Below are positions 1 through 11,226 of a stretch of 64,000 bases of DNA, one piece after another. The translations under genes and the position numbers were made by a program. This stretch comes from Octopus vulgaris (taxonomy: Eukaryota). The stretch's first letter is position 1. The number at the start of each line of letters is the position of its first letter. The notes beneath the pieces are model-generated. The model was not told the origin of the DNA. It saw only the letters and a program-made list of their open reading frames with translations, and searched no databases. The stretch covers positions 29,760,001-29,824,000 of the forward strand of contig OX597832.1 in the NCBI GenBank assembly GCA_951406725.2, read 5' to 3'.

Positions 1-601
1 AAACACCTTTGCTGAATTTTGAACTGAAAAGCATTTTAGCTGATACCCACTCTCTCGCACCTTCTCTTGGACTTTCTTCAGGTTGGGTAAGCATGTTTTT
101 CCTTTGTGGTAGTGCACCTGTTTCTCTCTTCATTCCTGATCTCTCTCTCTCCAGCCAGGTAACCTTGTACTTCCTCTACAGCAAGACACCTGTTTCGGTC
201 TCTTTGTCTCTCTATAACCGTTCATCATCCAACACAAGATCACCTCCTCCAATGCCCCCCTTCCCTCTTGAAAGTTTTTGTCTCTTTTTTCTGTCTTGCA
301 AGTACTTGGTGACCCTGTCAGTGCAGGTACCACTTAAAAGCACCCAGTCCACAATGTAAAGGGTTGGTATTTGGAAGGGTATCCAGCTGTAAAAACCTTG
401 CCAAAACTGACCTCGCCTGTACTTGTGCCACGTAAAAAGCACTGTAAAGTGGTTGGTGTTAGGAAAGGCACCCAGTTGTAAAAATCCTGCCAAAACAGTC
501 GCAGAAGTCTGGCTCAGGCCTCTGCGTGGCCAGCTCTTGTGAAACCGTCCCACCCATGCTAGTATGAAAGGCGGAAGTTAAACGATGATGATGATAATGA
601 C
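1..601 (+). mobile_element. RTE-type LINE 3' UTR/tail fragment
   Basis: Pyrimidine-rich UTR (GCAAGACACCTGTTTC, shared with 9981), GGTTGGTGTTAGGAAAGGCACCCAG motif, ends in TTAAAC(GAT)n; homologous to 9426-10340 and 2941-3432. Confidence 0.65.
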
Positions 602-912
602 GAAGGCAAAAATTTCCCCTGGATTAAATAACAGTCCACAGCAAGCAGCACTCCTACAGGGTCCTGTTACAGTTGCAACCAGAGAGAATTGAGTGGCAAA
701 TAATTAAATGAAATATCCAAACACACAACACACTTGTTGAGGAGCTGAACAATTGAGATGGCAGCACAAAATAGCATCTACGTACACACTTACTTGCAGA
801 GCAGAAGGCTGGCCTCTCTCTTTGTGTTAAACTTTCCTTGTATATACATGCATGTGTGCATGAATAATGTATACATACATGCATGTGCACACACACACAC
901 ACACACACATTT

Positions 913-1290
913 TCTTTTATTCTTTCACTTGTTTCAGTCATTTGACTATGGCCATGCTGGAGCACTAACTTTCGTCAAACAAATCGACCCCAGGACTTAT
1001 TCTATTGGTCTTGTTTTGCCGAACTGCTAAGTGACGGGGACGTAAACACATCAACATCGGTTGTCAAGCGATGGTGGGGAGACAAACAGATACATAAATA
1101 CACACACACACAAATATACATACATATATATATGATGAGCTTCTTTCCGTTCCTATCTACCAAATCCATTCACAAGGCTTTGGTCAGCCCGAGGCTATAG
1201 AAGAAGACACTTGCCCAAGGTGCCAAGCAGTGGGACTGAACCTGGAACCATGTGGTTGGGAAGCAAGCTTCTTACCACACAGCCACTCCT
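913..1290 (-). mobile_element. SINE family A (tRNA-like head, CORE-like CCTTGGGCAAG, internal TA/TG microsatellite)
   Basis: Reverse complement matches copies at 3941, 21273, 45775, 55412 and 60458. Confidence 0.9.
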
Positions 1291-1499
1291 TAAGTTGTGA
1301 CTATAGCAGAATATAGAAAGAAGTTCATGGTCAGCTTAAACAATAAAAACAACAATCAGGACAAACTTGATTTCTCTAATTATCGCCACTGACCAGAGAA
1401 TTATTTTTACTGGTTTCACTGTCCAGTGAGAGATTTTCAAAAAAAAAAAAAGAAATTTTCCTTAAATGTCTCAATTAGGGCATCTCTAAATCTCTGACT

Positions 1500-2740
1500 A
1501 TTCAGAGGATCCTTAAGCTTCTAAATCCTTTTCCAGGCAGGATTGCTTCTTGGAATCCTTCTAGTCTGAAGTCGCCAATGACTAAGCTATGCTGAGGGAT
1601 ACATTCTTCATCAGGAAAGGTCTTTGCATTTATGGCCTGGTCAGCCTGTAATGATATGCATAAGATCTGGTCATCAAATCTAAGTAGAGATTTCAAACTT
1701 AGAATCTTCAAAGCCACAGTCGAACCAATCCTACTATATGGCTCAGAAACCTGGATGTTATCAAAGAAGCTTGAGAGGTGGTTAGATGGAACTTACACTC
1801 GCCTCCTTATGAGAGCTCAAAATCTCTCGTGGAAGCGTCATCCAACCAAAATGCAAGTATATGGGAAACTACCACCTGTGTCATCTCTTGTGAAAGGTAG
1901 CAGAGTCCAGTTTGCTGGACATTGTTGTAGAGCTGGAAACAAGGTAATTTCTACTCTTCTCCTCTGGAAGCCATCTACTCGCGATACCAGAGGGCGCACA
2001 CTCTCCTACCCTGATGTAATCTCCAGGGATACAGGCATCCAGCAACAGGACCTTCGTAATGCTATGATGGACCGTGAAGTCTGGCGTAACATAGTAAATC
2101 CCATTGTCTTGACCACGGTTGAACAATGATGATGATGCATCTCACCTTCTGGTGAGAATGTAGTCAATCTAGCTTGAATAGCTTCCAGACTGATAGGTCA
2201 TCAGGTGACTGGCTAGCTTCTTGCAGATCATTAGGTTATTTGCATCACAGAACTCCCACAGCCTTGTTCCTTCTTCATTTCAAGAATCAATTCCATGACC
2301 CCCATCCAATGTACATTGCAGAAGACATCCAAGTGCTGCCCAACAAGTCCATTGAAATCACTAACTACGAAGATAAGGTCAGTCATTTGTCTTTGAGGAA
2401 GCCTGCTTTTGTTCATATGGTAGACCCAGATGGAGGGCATAGGCAAAGATAATTGTTGCTGCATTACTATGCAAAACTTGTCTAAGCGTAAGTGTCCTAC
2501 TGCACACCGACTACCTTAATCCCCTTAACCTATTTCTCTGCTAGAAATATGCCCACTCCACTTACCCCAACACTGTTACCTTCTCAAAAGATTTTATGCA
2601 TGTTTTTCGCCTGTAAGGAACCTGGCCGAAGCTCCCCTCCACTTTACTTCTTGAACACAACACCCACCTTGATTCAAGCATCTCAACAATCACACCAGGC
2701 CTACCCTCCAATATTCCAACATTGACAATGCTAATTCCGA
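1500..2740 (-). mobile_element. Degraded RTE LINE apurinic endonuclease region, interrupted by an insertion at 1632-2137
   Basis: Minus-strand peptides VNVGILEGRPG, VQEVKWRGASARFL, SDFNGLVG, IDYILTRR and INAKTFPDEECIPQHSLVIGDF are APE motifs, with frameshifts and stops. Confidence 0.85.
1632..2137 (+). mobile_element. 5'-truncated RTE-clade LINE 3' end (ORF C-terminus plus (GAT)n tail)
   Basis: ORF 1632-2129 contains KLRIFKATVEPILLYGSETW...QFAGHC...MMDREVWR, followed by TGATGATGATG. Confidence 0.9.
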
Positions 2741-2940
2741 GGAAGTGAAAAGGGAGGTGGGAGAGAACATGGAGAGGAGGGACAGCATTCAGCATCAGAA
2801 AAGAAGGTTTAAATGAATGTTTTCTAACATACATGTCATATCAGTTGCCTTCGCATTTAATCTTTCATTTGGTCAAACAAATCAACCCCAGTACTCGATA
2901 AAATAATTTTAATTGCAATCAATTTCATTGCTCACTGCCT

Positions 2941-3432
2941 ATCATCATCATCATTTAATGTCCATTTTCCATGCTGGCCTGGGTTGGACAGCTTGACTGA
3001 AGGCTGGCCAGCCAGACAGCTGCACCAGGCTTTAATTGTGTCTACTTTGGAATGGTTTCTATAGCTGGATGCCCTTCCTAATGCCAACCACCCCAGATTG
3101 TATTGGGTGCTTTTTATGTAGAACCAAAACATTATACATGGCACCAGCAGTAGTGCTTTATATATGGTGCCAGCACCAGTGCCTCTTATGTGGCACCAGT
3201 GTGGGTGTTCTATACTAGCACATGTGCCTTCTACGTGGCACCAACAAGGCTGCCTTTTTATGTGACACCGACACGAGTGCTTTTTTCATGTGGGACCAGC
3301 ACGAGTGCTTTCTATGTGGCACCGGCACGGGTGCTCTTTATGTGGCACCGGCACGAGTGCTTTTTATGTGGCACCGGCACGGGTGCTCTTTATGTGGCAC
3401 CGGCACGAGTGCTTTTTATGTGGCACCGGCAC
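2941..3432 (-). mobile_element. RTE-derived 3' tail copy with internal 26-bp minisatellite expansion
   Basis: (ATC)n tail and GGATGCCCTTCCTAATGCCAACC (reverse complement of the motif near 450); 26-bp units at about 3160-3432. Confidence 0.75.
3160..3432. repeat. 26-bp minisatellite (ATGTGGCACCGGCACGRGTGCTYTTT)n
   Basis: About 10 tandem units read directly, most homogeneous at the right end. Confidence 0.9.
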
Positions 3433-3940
3433 TCCTAATACATTTAAAATATTGCAAACAAATTCAAGAATTCCATGTTCTTCAATTGTAAGATGATGCG
3501 ACCTCCCACAGTGCTTCTGAAACTGACAAATATCACAGACACACACACACACACCCATCTGCTCTATTAATGACAAATTACAGTTTGTTTCTCAATAATT
3601 CTTCAACTCTTCCATGATATTCGACATATTTATAAAGTTTAAAACCATTTTAATTTCGTTAAGTATGGCAATTTGTCTATTCCTGCTTTCCACCACCCCT
3701 CACACCGTCTGTGAGAAATGCTGATCTAACAAACAGTTCTCAAATATCACCACTAACATTTTAAATCCCAGGAATTCTTTTTTTTTTTTTTTTTTTAATG
3801 TTACTTCCAGACAGAATCAATCCCCGTATTTCATTGTCGTCAGTTTAATTTGAGTTTCCACAAGCTGAAACGGGTTAAACAAGGTCTGCAGCTGGGAACA
3901 TTTGCTAAACCACAACAATTTTTGTAAAAATAATTCTGGA

Positions 3941-4096
3941 GTGTGGTAAGTAGCTTGCTTACAAACCACATAGTTCCAGGTTCAGTCCCACTGCATAGCA
4001 TCTTGGGCAAGTGTCTTCTACTATAGCCTCGGGCCAACCAATGCCTTGTGAGTGGATTTGGTAGACGGAAACTGAAAGAAGCCTGTCGTATATATG

Positions 4097-4133
<37 letters not shown>

Positions 4134-4331
4134 TTGTCCCCCTAGCATTGCTTGACAACCGATGCTGGTGTGTTTACATCCCCGTTACTTAGCGGTTCGG
4201 CAAAAGAGACCGATAGAATAAGTACTGGGCTTACAAAGAATAAGTCCCGGGGTCGATTTGGTCGACTAAAGGTGGTGCTCCAGCATGGCCGCAGTCAAAT
4301 GACTGAAACAAGTAAAAGAGTAAAAGAGTAA
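3941..4331 (+). mobile_element. SINE family A
   Basis: GTGTGGTAAGTAGCTTGC...GGTTCAGTCCC...CAGCATGGCCGCAGTCAAATGACTGAAACAAGTAAAAGAG. Confidence 0.92.
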
Positions 4332-4473
4332 AATATCTGGGACCAAAAAGAGAATTCGGTTTTCTTTGAGAAAAAAACCGAAAGGTCAGCATTAAATAAA
4401 GCAGAGGATTACAATAAAAGGGATATTTTTATGTGTAAATAAAGACTGAACATATATTTCAGAGGGTGTAGAA

Positions 4474-4674
4474 CAGTGCTTTTCAAACTTTTTGCTGGAG
4501 CGGAACCCCAAGGAAACATTCCACTGGCTCGAGGAACCCCTGTGCAATAATTTAATAGTCTTATGCACACATATCTGCACAGGAGACTTAAAAATTACAG
4601 CCGATTTTAGCAGTTTTGTAACTTCTTGCTGAACCCCTAGACTGTACTGGCGGAACCCTGGTTGAAAACCACTG
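4474..4674. mobile_element. hAT (Charlie-like) MITE
   Basis: TIRs CAGTGCTTTTCAA / TTGAAAACCACTG; perfect 8-bp TSD GTGTAGAA (4466-4473 and 4675-4682). Confidence 0.9.
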
Positions 4675-5471
4675 GTGTAGAATAACAGTCAAATATAATA
4701 AGTTATATACACACCAGATACATAAATTCTCCAGAGTTATAGACAGCAACAAAATCAGCTCTAATGTCTTTACAAAAAGGGACTCAGAGGATAACAAAAA
4801 TAGTCTCTGATAAACAAAAATACAGGGTGGCTATGGCTGGAACGCTTCTGATCCAAGGTCTACTCAACCAGGAAAGACTAGGGATTAAAACTACTAACTC
4901 CAACAGAGATTTATTTTCTATTTAGTTACAAATAGAGAGAAAATTAAATGAAAGCAATTAAGAGATGAAGGCCATCGTTTTAAGTATTTTTTTTACAAGA
5001 TTAATTGCCAAATATTAAATTATGAGTTTTTAAAGATCCATCTCCAGCAGGTTTTTCTTTAATTAAAGACTTAATTATTACAGAAATAATAAAGAAGTGT
5101 TTATACAAGGGAGGAGATGGAGTCTGAGAAAACGAAATGTCAGCTTGTCAACATTTAAACTTTTAAACACAGACGGCAATTTAAGTGCGAATGTGAGTTA
5201 TTTTCGTTTAAGACATTCGCAAAACAGCAAAATTATAAGATGGGGAACAGAAGGGATGCTGTGTCATTCATGGCTCTCTCTCTCTTTCAAGAACATCACT
5301 TCTGTAATTCTGTAGTAGAAGTTAAACGGTTACACGTCTGCCCCGTTCGAGAAAACTTATGACCGAAAACATTTCAGCCACGACAATACCGTCAAATGTT
5401 AAATAGGGTGGAATTTGAGAAATATTTAGTTTTTTTTTTAATTTTGTTTTTTCTAGTAGTCGAAAGGTATC

Positions 5472-5939
5472 GGTACTACTAGCGTACTACTACAGTGGTC
5501 CCGGTGCGTGCACTCGCGCTGGCTAGTCGTAAGTAGTCGATCCTACGACTTTTAAACCCTAACCCTTGTTTGTTTATAAAAAAATTATTTATTTACTTAG
5601 TTTAAAAAATTATTTACTTTGCGTTTTATTTACTTTGTTCGAAAAATATTATTTAATTTTCTTGCGCCCCCGTCACTTAGCGGTTCGGCAAAAGAGACCG
5701 ATAGAATAAGTACTGGGCTTACAAAGAATAAGTCCCGGGGTCGATTTGCTCGACTGGAGGCGGTGCTCCAGCATGGCCGCAGTCAAATGACTGAAACAAG
5801 TAAAAGAGAGTAAAAGAGAATATGTATTCAGCCTTGAAATACAAACATACGCGCAAATCGTCGTAGGATCGACTACCTACGACTAATTAGCGCGGATGCG
5901 CGAGTGCGCGCACCGGGACCACTGTTCGCTAGTAGTACC
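5472..5939. mobile_element. Non-autonomous TIR element (possibly Merlin-like) containing a SINE A fragment
   Basis: Imperfect TIRs of about 80 bp beginning GGTACTACTAGCG and ending CGCTAGTAGTACC; AAGGTATC occurs in both flanks. Confidence 0.7.
5667..5818 (+). mobile_element. SINE family A 3' half
   Basis: CCCCGTCACTTAGCGGTTCGGCAAAAGAGACCG...GACTGAAACAAGTAAAAGAG. Confidence 0.88.
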
Positions 5940-7183
5940 ACCAAGGTATCGGGGGGAGCCTCCTTCGCTGTCTTATCACCAAACGACGAAAGATCGTGAC
6001 ATTAAAGTACATTATTACATTGAGAAAGGTTCGTTGTTAAACAAGTGTGAAAGTTACGAAGCCTAGTTTACATTCAGCCAACTCGCAAGTGGTTGAAGGT
6101 TGACAACCGGTGTGGAGTTACACTAAACCACGACGACAGACACTTCACTTACAACAGTTCTTCTTACATTCGTCACGCTTGGTGGAGTGTTCGTTTAAAT
6201 TTGGGTGGGGGAAATTTTTTTTCTTTTTTTATTTCCTGCACTTTATACATGACTGAAGTTTTCAGTTCATCAAGTGGTAAGGAAGGAAAAAGGACCCGCC
6301 CCGGGGAAATCCAGATGGAGCTCTTTTGGAGTAGATCTGACTCAATTTCCGTGGCTGATAACAACGTAACACTTATTATATTAACAAGTAACATAAACTA
6401 AAAGACATGTGACAAAAATGATGTTATGTCATAAGCGATTTCAAGTCTGTGACTAATCACTGGGATTTCACGTATCGATATTTATAACCGTTCGATGACA
6501 TAAGACTGTAGAATTAGTCACTATGTTTGTTTTTTTTCTTTTTTATATATATATACACCTCGTCGATTGTGACAAACAGATGTTTGGTAAAAGAGGAATC
6601 AAAACACCTTAAGATTGGTAACTCCCAGCATTATACATGTATACATACATACATATATACGTATATACGTATATATATATATACATATATACATACGCAT
6701 ATATATACATACATTATATACGTATACATACATAAATATATTAGTGTCTCCGAGAGAGAAAAAAAGGGGGGGGGAGAAAGAGACATCGAGAGGGGGGGAA
6801 ACGGTGGAAAATGTCAAAGAAGTTTAAAATGTGTAAAACAAATAAAGAGAAGAAATAGATTAATATTAGCTTAAGAGAAGATATACGTTTCCTTCTCCCG
6901 AAGGATAATTCTGGGGTAATGATGGTTGGCGAGGTGTCTATTACGGAATTAAAGCTGGTTAATTAGGGTGAGAAATCCGAGAGGAACATGTGATGTGTCT
7001 TTGAGAGAGGAGACGGCTTGGAACAGCTGACGTGGTCGTTGTAGGCAATATGGGGGCTGAAATAGACGGTTAGCGATTTCTTCGAGCGGCCAGGGTGGAG
7101 TAGAAGTAGCGAAAGAAGGTTCGAAATGTCAAGAATTATGGTTCTATTGTGGTTTTACCGAAGAGATACGAAACATTACTCAC

Positions 7184-7206
7184 CACTGGGACACATCTTC
7201 CTCCAT
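7184..7206 (-). CDS. Candidate first coding exon of an unidentified gene (MEEDVSQ-TG, phase 2)
   Basis: Minus strand reads CAAAATGGAGGAAGATGTGTCCCAGTG|GTGAGT: good start context, consensus donor and a GC-rich 5'UTR-like region upstream. No exon 2 identified in the window. Confidence 0.5.
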
Positions 7207-7444
7207 TTTGGGTTTGTTTAGGCTTCCTGTAGCAAGGGAGATAACTGTGAATCTAGTCGTGACAACAGAGGCGGCGACGGCGGAGGAGGAGGTGTCTCTC
7301 TCTCCTTTATTAGCACTGCACCCCCTTCCACCACCACCACTCTGCCTTTTTCTTAACCTCTCTTCCTCCTCCTCCTCCTCCTCTCTCTCTCTCTCTCTTT
7401 CTATCTCTCTTTCTCTTTCTCCACTTTGGGAAATGTCATTCACT

Positions 7445-7458
7445 GTTACCATAGCAAT
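7445..7458. promoter_or_regulatory. RFX X-box-like motif upstream of the candidate first exon
   Basis: GTTACCATAGCAAT, compared with X-box consensus GTTNCCATRGNAAC. Confidence 0.4.
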
Positions 7459-7504
7459 GAAATTGAAACTCTAACATATCCTCCCCTCTTTGCCAAGCCA
7501 AGGT

Positions 7505-8010
7505 GCCTTTACGCGGTCATCGACCTGCTAGAAATAGCAGCTGCATATCCCATAAAACGCGTCCTCCAGAAATGTTTTGCAAACTTCTCTTCCATGATAA
7601 ACGAGAGATAAATACAGGGTTTTCTGGAGAACTTTATGCCTAAAAGATATATTGAAAAAAGTATTTATATATTTTAATCCCAAAATACAATAGTACTTAA
7701 ATTAGAGAAAATTATTATTTCTTCAATCAATAAATAATTAACAGGAAACAGAACTAAATTTTGAATTTGTGTTGGTTTTGTCACATTAAAAAAAAATAGA
7801 TTTATAATTTTCGCGACGCAAATAACGAAATCGCGTGACATAGTGTGCCATGACGCATCGGGTGAGAGTCATGTTATGCCGCCTTGACATAAAGATATAT
7901 AAGATAGGATAATGAAATCCGAGATTGACTGTCGTGGATAAAGGCGAGAGAATCACGACTCGACAGGCCTATACTCGATGACGGGTTAATCTCCGGTTAA
8001 ACACCAACAA
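7505..8010 (+). mobile_element. Ancient degraded interspersed repeat
   Basis: GACCTGCTAGAAATAGCAGC motif recurs near 14350 (minus strand), 23650 and 29660; AACAAC-type tail. Confidence 0.4.
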
Positions 8011-8042
8011 CCATTTTCTCCCGGCACAAGCGAGCTGGACAA

Positions 8043-8263
8043 GGCGACCAGATGGCAGAATCGATAACACACGGGGCGAAATGCTTAGCGGCATTTCGTC
8101 CGTCTTTTACGTTCCGAGTTCAAATTCCGCAGAGGTCCACTTTGCCTTTTATCCTTTCGGGGGTCGATAAAATAAGTACCAGGTTACGCACTGAGGTCAC
8201 CGTAATCGACTAACCCCACCCAACCCCCTCAAAATTTCAGGCCTTGTGCCTTTAATAGAAAGG
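8043..8263 (+). mobile_element. SINE family B (tRNA-like head plus Nin/Deu-like domain)
   Basis: GGCAGAATCG...GAGTTCAAATTCCG...GCCTTTTATCCTTTCGGGGGTCGATAAAATAAGTACCAG. Confidence 0.88.
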
Positions 8264-8675
8264 GTTCTTCCATGAAACGGTTTCAGGAAATTTCAAGAAA
8301 TATCTCCGCTCGAGATTAAAGCATATTTCATTTAATCCACAACATTTAATCTTTTTTATAAATACGTTAATTTATCTAAGTTCAAGCCATTGGTTCATTT
8401 GAGTTATTTCCCTTCAGCTCTCTTTTTATTGTCATTTTAGTCTTTCATTTTTTCCTCGAGGACTTTTTTGAAATACTTCCTCGTTTTACAGAACAACAAA
8501 CAACTCTTTGTTTTTCTTTTTCTTCCTCTTTCTTTTCGTTCTCCTCTTTCGTTTTACGCATTCTTTTTTTTTTCAGTCACTCTTTCTTTCTTTCTTCTCT
8601 CACTTTTCATCATCGTCATCATCAACATCATTTTCCTTTCACATCATCTTTTTACTTCCTCTACATCATCATTTT

Positions 8676-8726
8676 CTATCTATCTATCTGTCTACCGACC
8701 TATCTATCTATCTACCTATCTATCTG

Positions 8727-8821
<95 letters not shown>

Positions 8822-8822
8822 G

Positions 8823-8861
<39 letters not shown>

Positions 8862-8882
8862 GTCTGTCTGTCTGTCTGTCTA

Positions 8883-8942
<60 letters not shown>
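8676..8942. repeat. (TATC)n/(TGTC)n/(TC)n microsatellite
   Basis: Read directly. Confidence 0.97.
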
Positions 8943-9425
8943 CCTTTTTCTTCTCTTCCTTCTTTCGTTTTGCTTGTGTGAAGGAAGGGAGACAACTATG
9001 ATGAGTCAAAGTAACAAACATAAAGATGTGAGGCTCGAATTTTAGGCATGACATTATAATTCAGTGTCTGGGGCCAGTGTCTGTAGATCCCGTTGGCTCA
9101 GACCCTAAGCACGCAATAGGCAGTAGCAGCACAGTATAAGTAACGAGTGTTTCATTTAAAAGTCTTATGGCGACAGATAAGGTACCATGAAGTCAGCCTT
9201 CTATTTAGACTCAACCAATTTCGTCGCTGGCTCCGAATAGCAGTTCTAAATAAGGGCCATGTGTGGTGATGGTGTTGGTTAATGCAATGAGCATTAACAG
9301 TTATGCAGCGAAGAAGAGACATCAGGGAGCCTATTTGTTTTCAATGAGTAGGGGAGACAACTTTGAATATGTTTTGACAGTATTAAACTTCCTCAGCTAA
9401 TTTCAATTCACCGAACCTGCTACAG

Positions 9426-10340
9426 ATGACGAGGGATGAAATGGTAACAAATGATCTTCAGATGTTGAGCCGCTCAGCGACGAAAGGGACAAAGGTGATT
9501 GGTGATTTTCTGTGCATACGAAGACCCATCTGGTTAAGTAAAACTGAGGATATAACAGCATGTGGTTTATGTCCATGCCCCTCTACATACAATCAGTCCG
9601 TGACAAACCTTTCCCCCATCACAACCTATCATCCTAACCGCCCCCTTTTCCCCACCCAAGTTAACCACATGCTGTATTTCCGTCCCCTCTATCTCCCACT
9701 CTCCCTTCAAACCCTCACAAACCCACCTGCACGCAACGTCTCCCTGCTGAATCTCTTCCACATAGCACATCCTCCTATCTTCCCTCTATTTGTGTCCACC
9801 CACTACATTCCTTCCTGTCTATCTCCCACTCTGCAAACATACCCACCTACTCACCCTGTCCTATCCTTGCTTCCACCTCACCTCTATACACCTCCTCCTT
9901 GTAACTTGAATCTGCCCCCACCGTCACATCTTTCCCATCTTCTCTCCTACTGAGGCAGCCATGTATCTCTCCTTTTGTGCGCAAGACACCTGTTTCTGTC
10001 CCTCTATTCATACCTCCACTTCTCATCACCCGACACAAAGCCACCTTCTTCCATTCTACTGCACACCTCAGATGAGAGGGTCTTGTAAAATATTTGGTCA
10101 CCTCGCTGCTGCTGCTGCTGCTACTGCTGGAGCCAGTAAAAGGCATCCAATACACTCTAACGCCAACCACTTTAAGTGGTTGGTGTTAAAAAGCTGTAGA
10201 CACCATGCCACAGCAGATGGCGGGGCTTGGTGCAGTCCTCCGGTTTGCTAGCCCCTATCAAACTGTGCAACCCACACCAGAATGGAAGGAGGACATTAAA
10301 GGATGATAATGATGTAGATGATGATGATGATGACGACGAC
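9426..10340 (+). mobile_element. RTE LINE 3' fragment (ORF end, long pyrimidine-rich UTR, (GAT)n tail)
   Basis: TRDEMVTNDLQMLS resembles an RTE C-terminus; UTR homologous to 1-601. Confidence 0.65.
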
Positions 10341-10349
10341 GTGGAGGAT

Positions 10350-10542
10350 ACATGCATGCATACAAACATACATACATACATACATACACACACACATACA
10401 TACACACACACATACATACACACACACATACATGCACACACACACATACATACATACATACATACACACATACATACACACATACGTACGCACACACATA
10501 CATACATACACACATACACACATACATACATACATACATATA

Positions 10543-10576
<34 letters not shown>

Positions 10577-10603
10577 CATACATACATACATACACACATA
10601 CAA

Positions 10604-10636
<33 letters not shown>

Positions 10637-10749
10637 CATACATACATACATACATATATACATACATACACACATACATACATACACACATACATACATA
10701 CATACATACATATATACACACACACATACATACATACATACATACATAC
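10350..10749. repeat. (TACA)n/(CA)n microsatellite
   Basis: Read directly. Confidence 0.97.
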
Positions 10750-11226
10750 CAACCGGGTACCTAAAGAGTACGAGACTCCATTAAACCAGGTCTCCGGTTT
10801 GAAGTTGACCTCCCCCATCCCTCCCCCCAGTCAAAGACCCCCCCCCCTCTTCCCAACAAGGCTCATTCCAACTGCCCCACACCGCTTCCTTCCCCCCCCT
10901 CACTAAATATTTAAAAAAAAAACAGTACAAAAGTTGATTTCCCCGAAAGCCGAACTCATGAAATGCTTTCTCCGTTTCCCTCATAATCCTTCACTCCCTT
11001 TGTGTCACAAGAAACCCATCAATGTCGCATCCCTCTTTGTCCCCTCTATTTCTATAAACCATCGCATCTTGTCCATGTAATTGTCACAATAATTAAACCC
11101 AGTAATTGCATGTTTCTATGCAACACAACTGACACAATTTCACTTGAGTTGAGGAATAGAGATAATTAAAAGTTGTCTCCCTTGATATATATTCACCGTT
11201 TGTGTAAATAACAACAATAATAATAC

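Noticed and set aside
3160-3432. CRISPR-like array of palindromic 26-bp repeats
   Set aside because: No unique spacers, no cas genes, eukaryotic context; it is a tandem minisatellite
5555-5566. Telomeric repeat AACCCTAACCC
   Set aside because: Fewer than two full units, inside a TIR element
6249-6282. Plus-strand ATG...AGTG|GTAAGG mini-exon, and overlapping ORF 6173-6394 (-) as exon 2 of the 7206 gene
   Set aside because: No recognisable protein; the nearest minus-strand acceptor gives an early stop in phase 2; insufficient support
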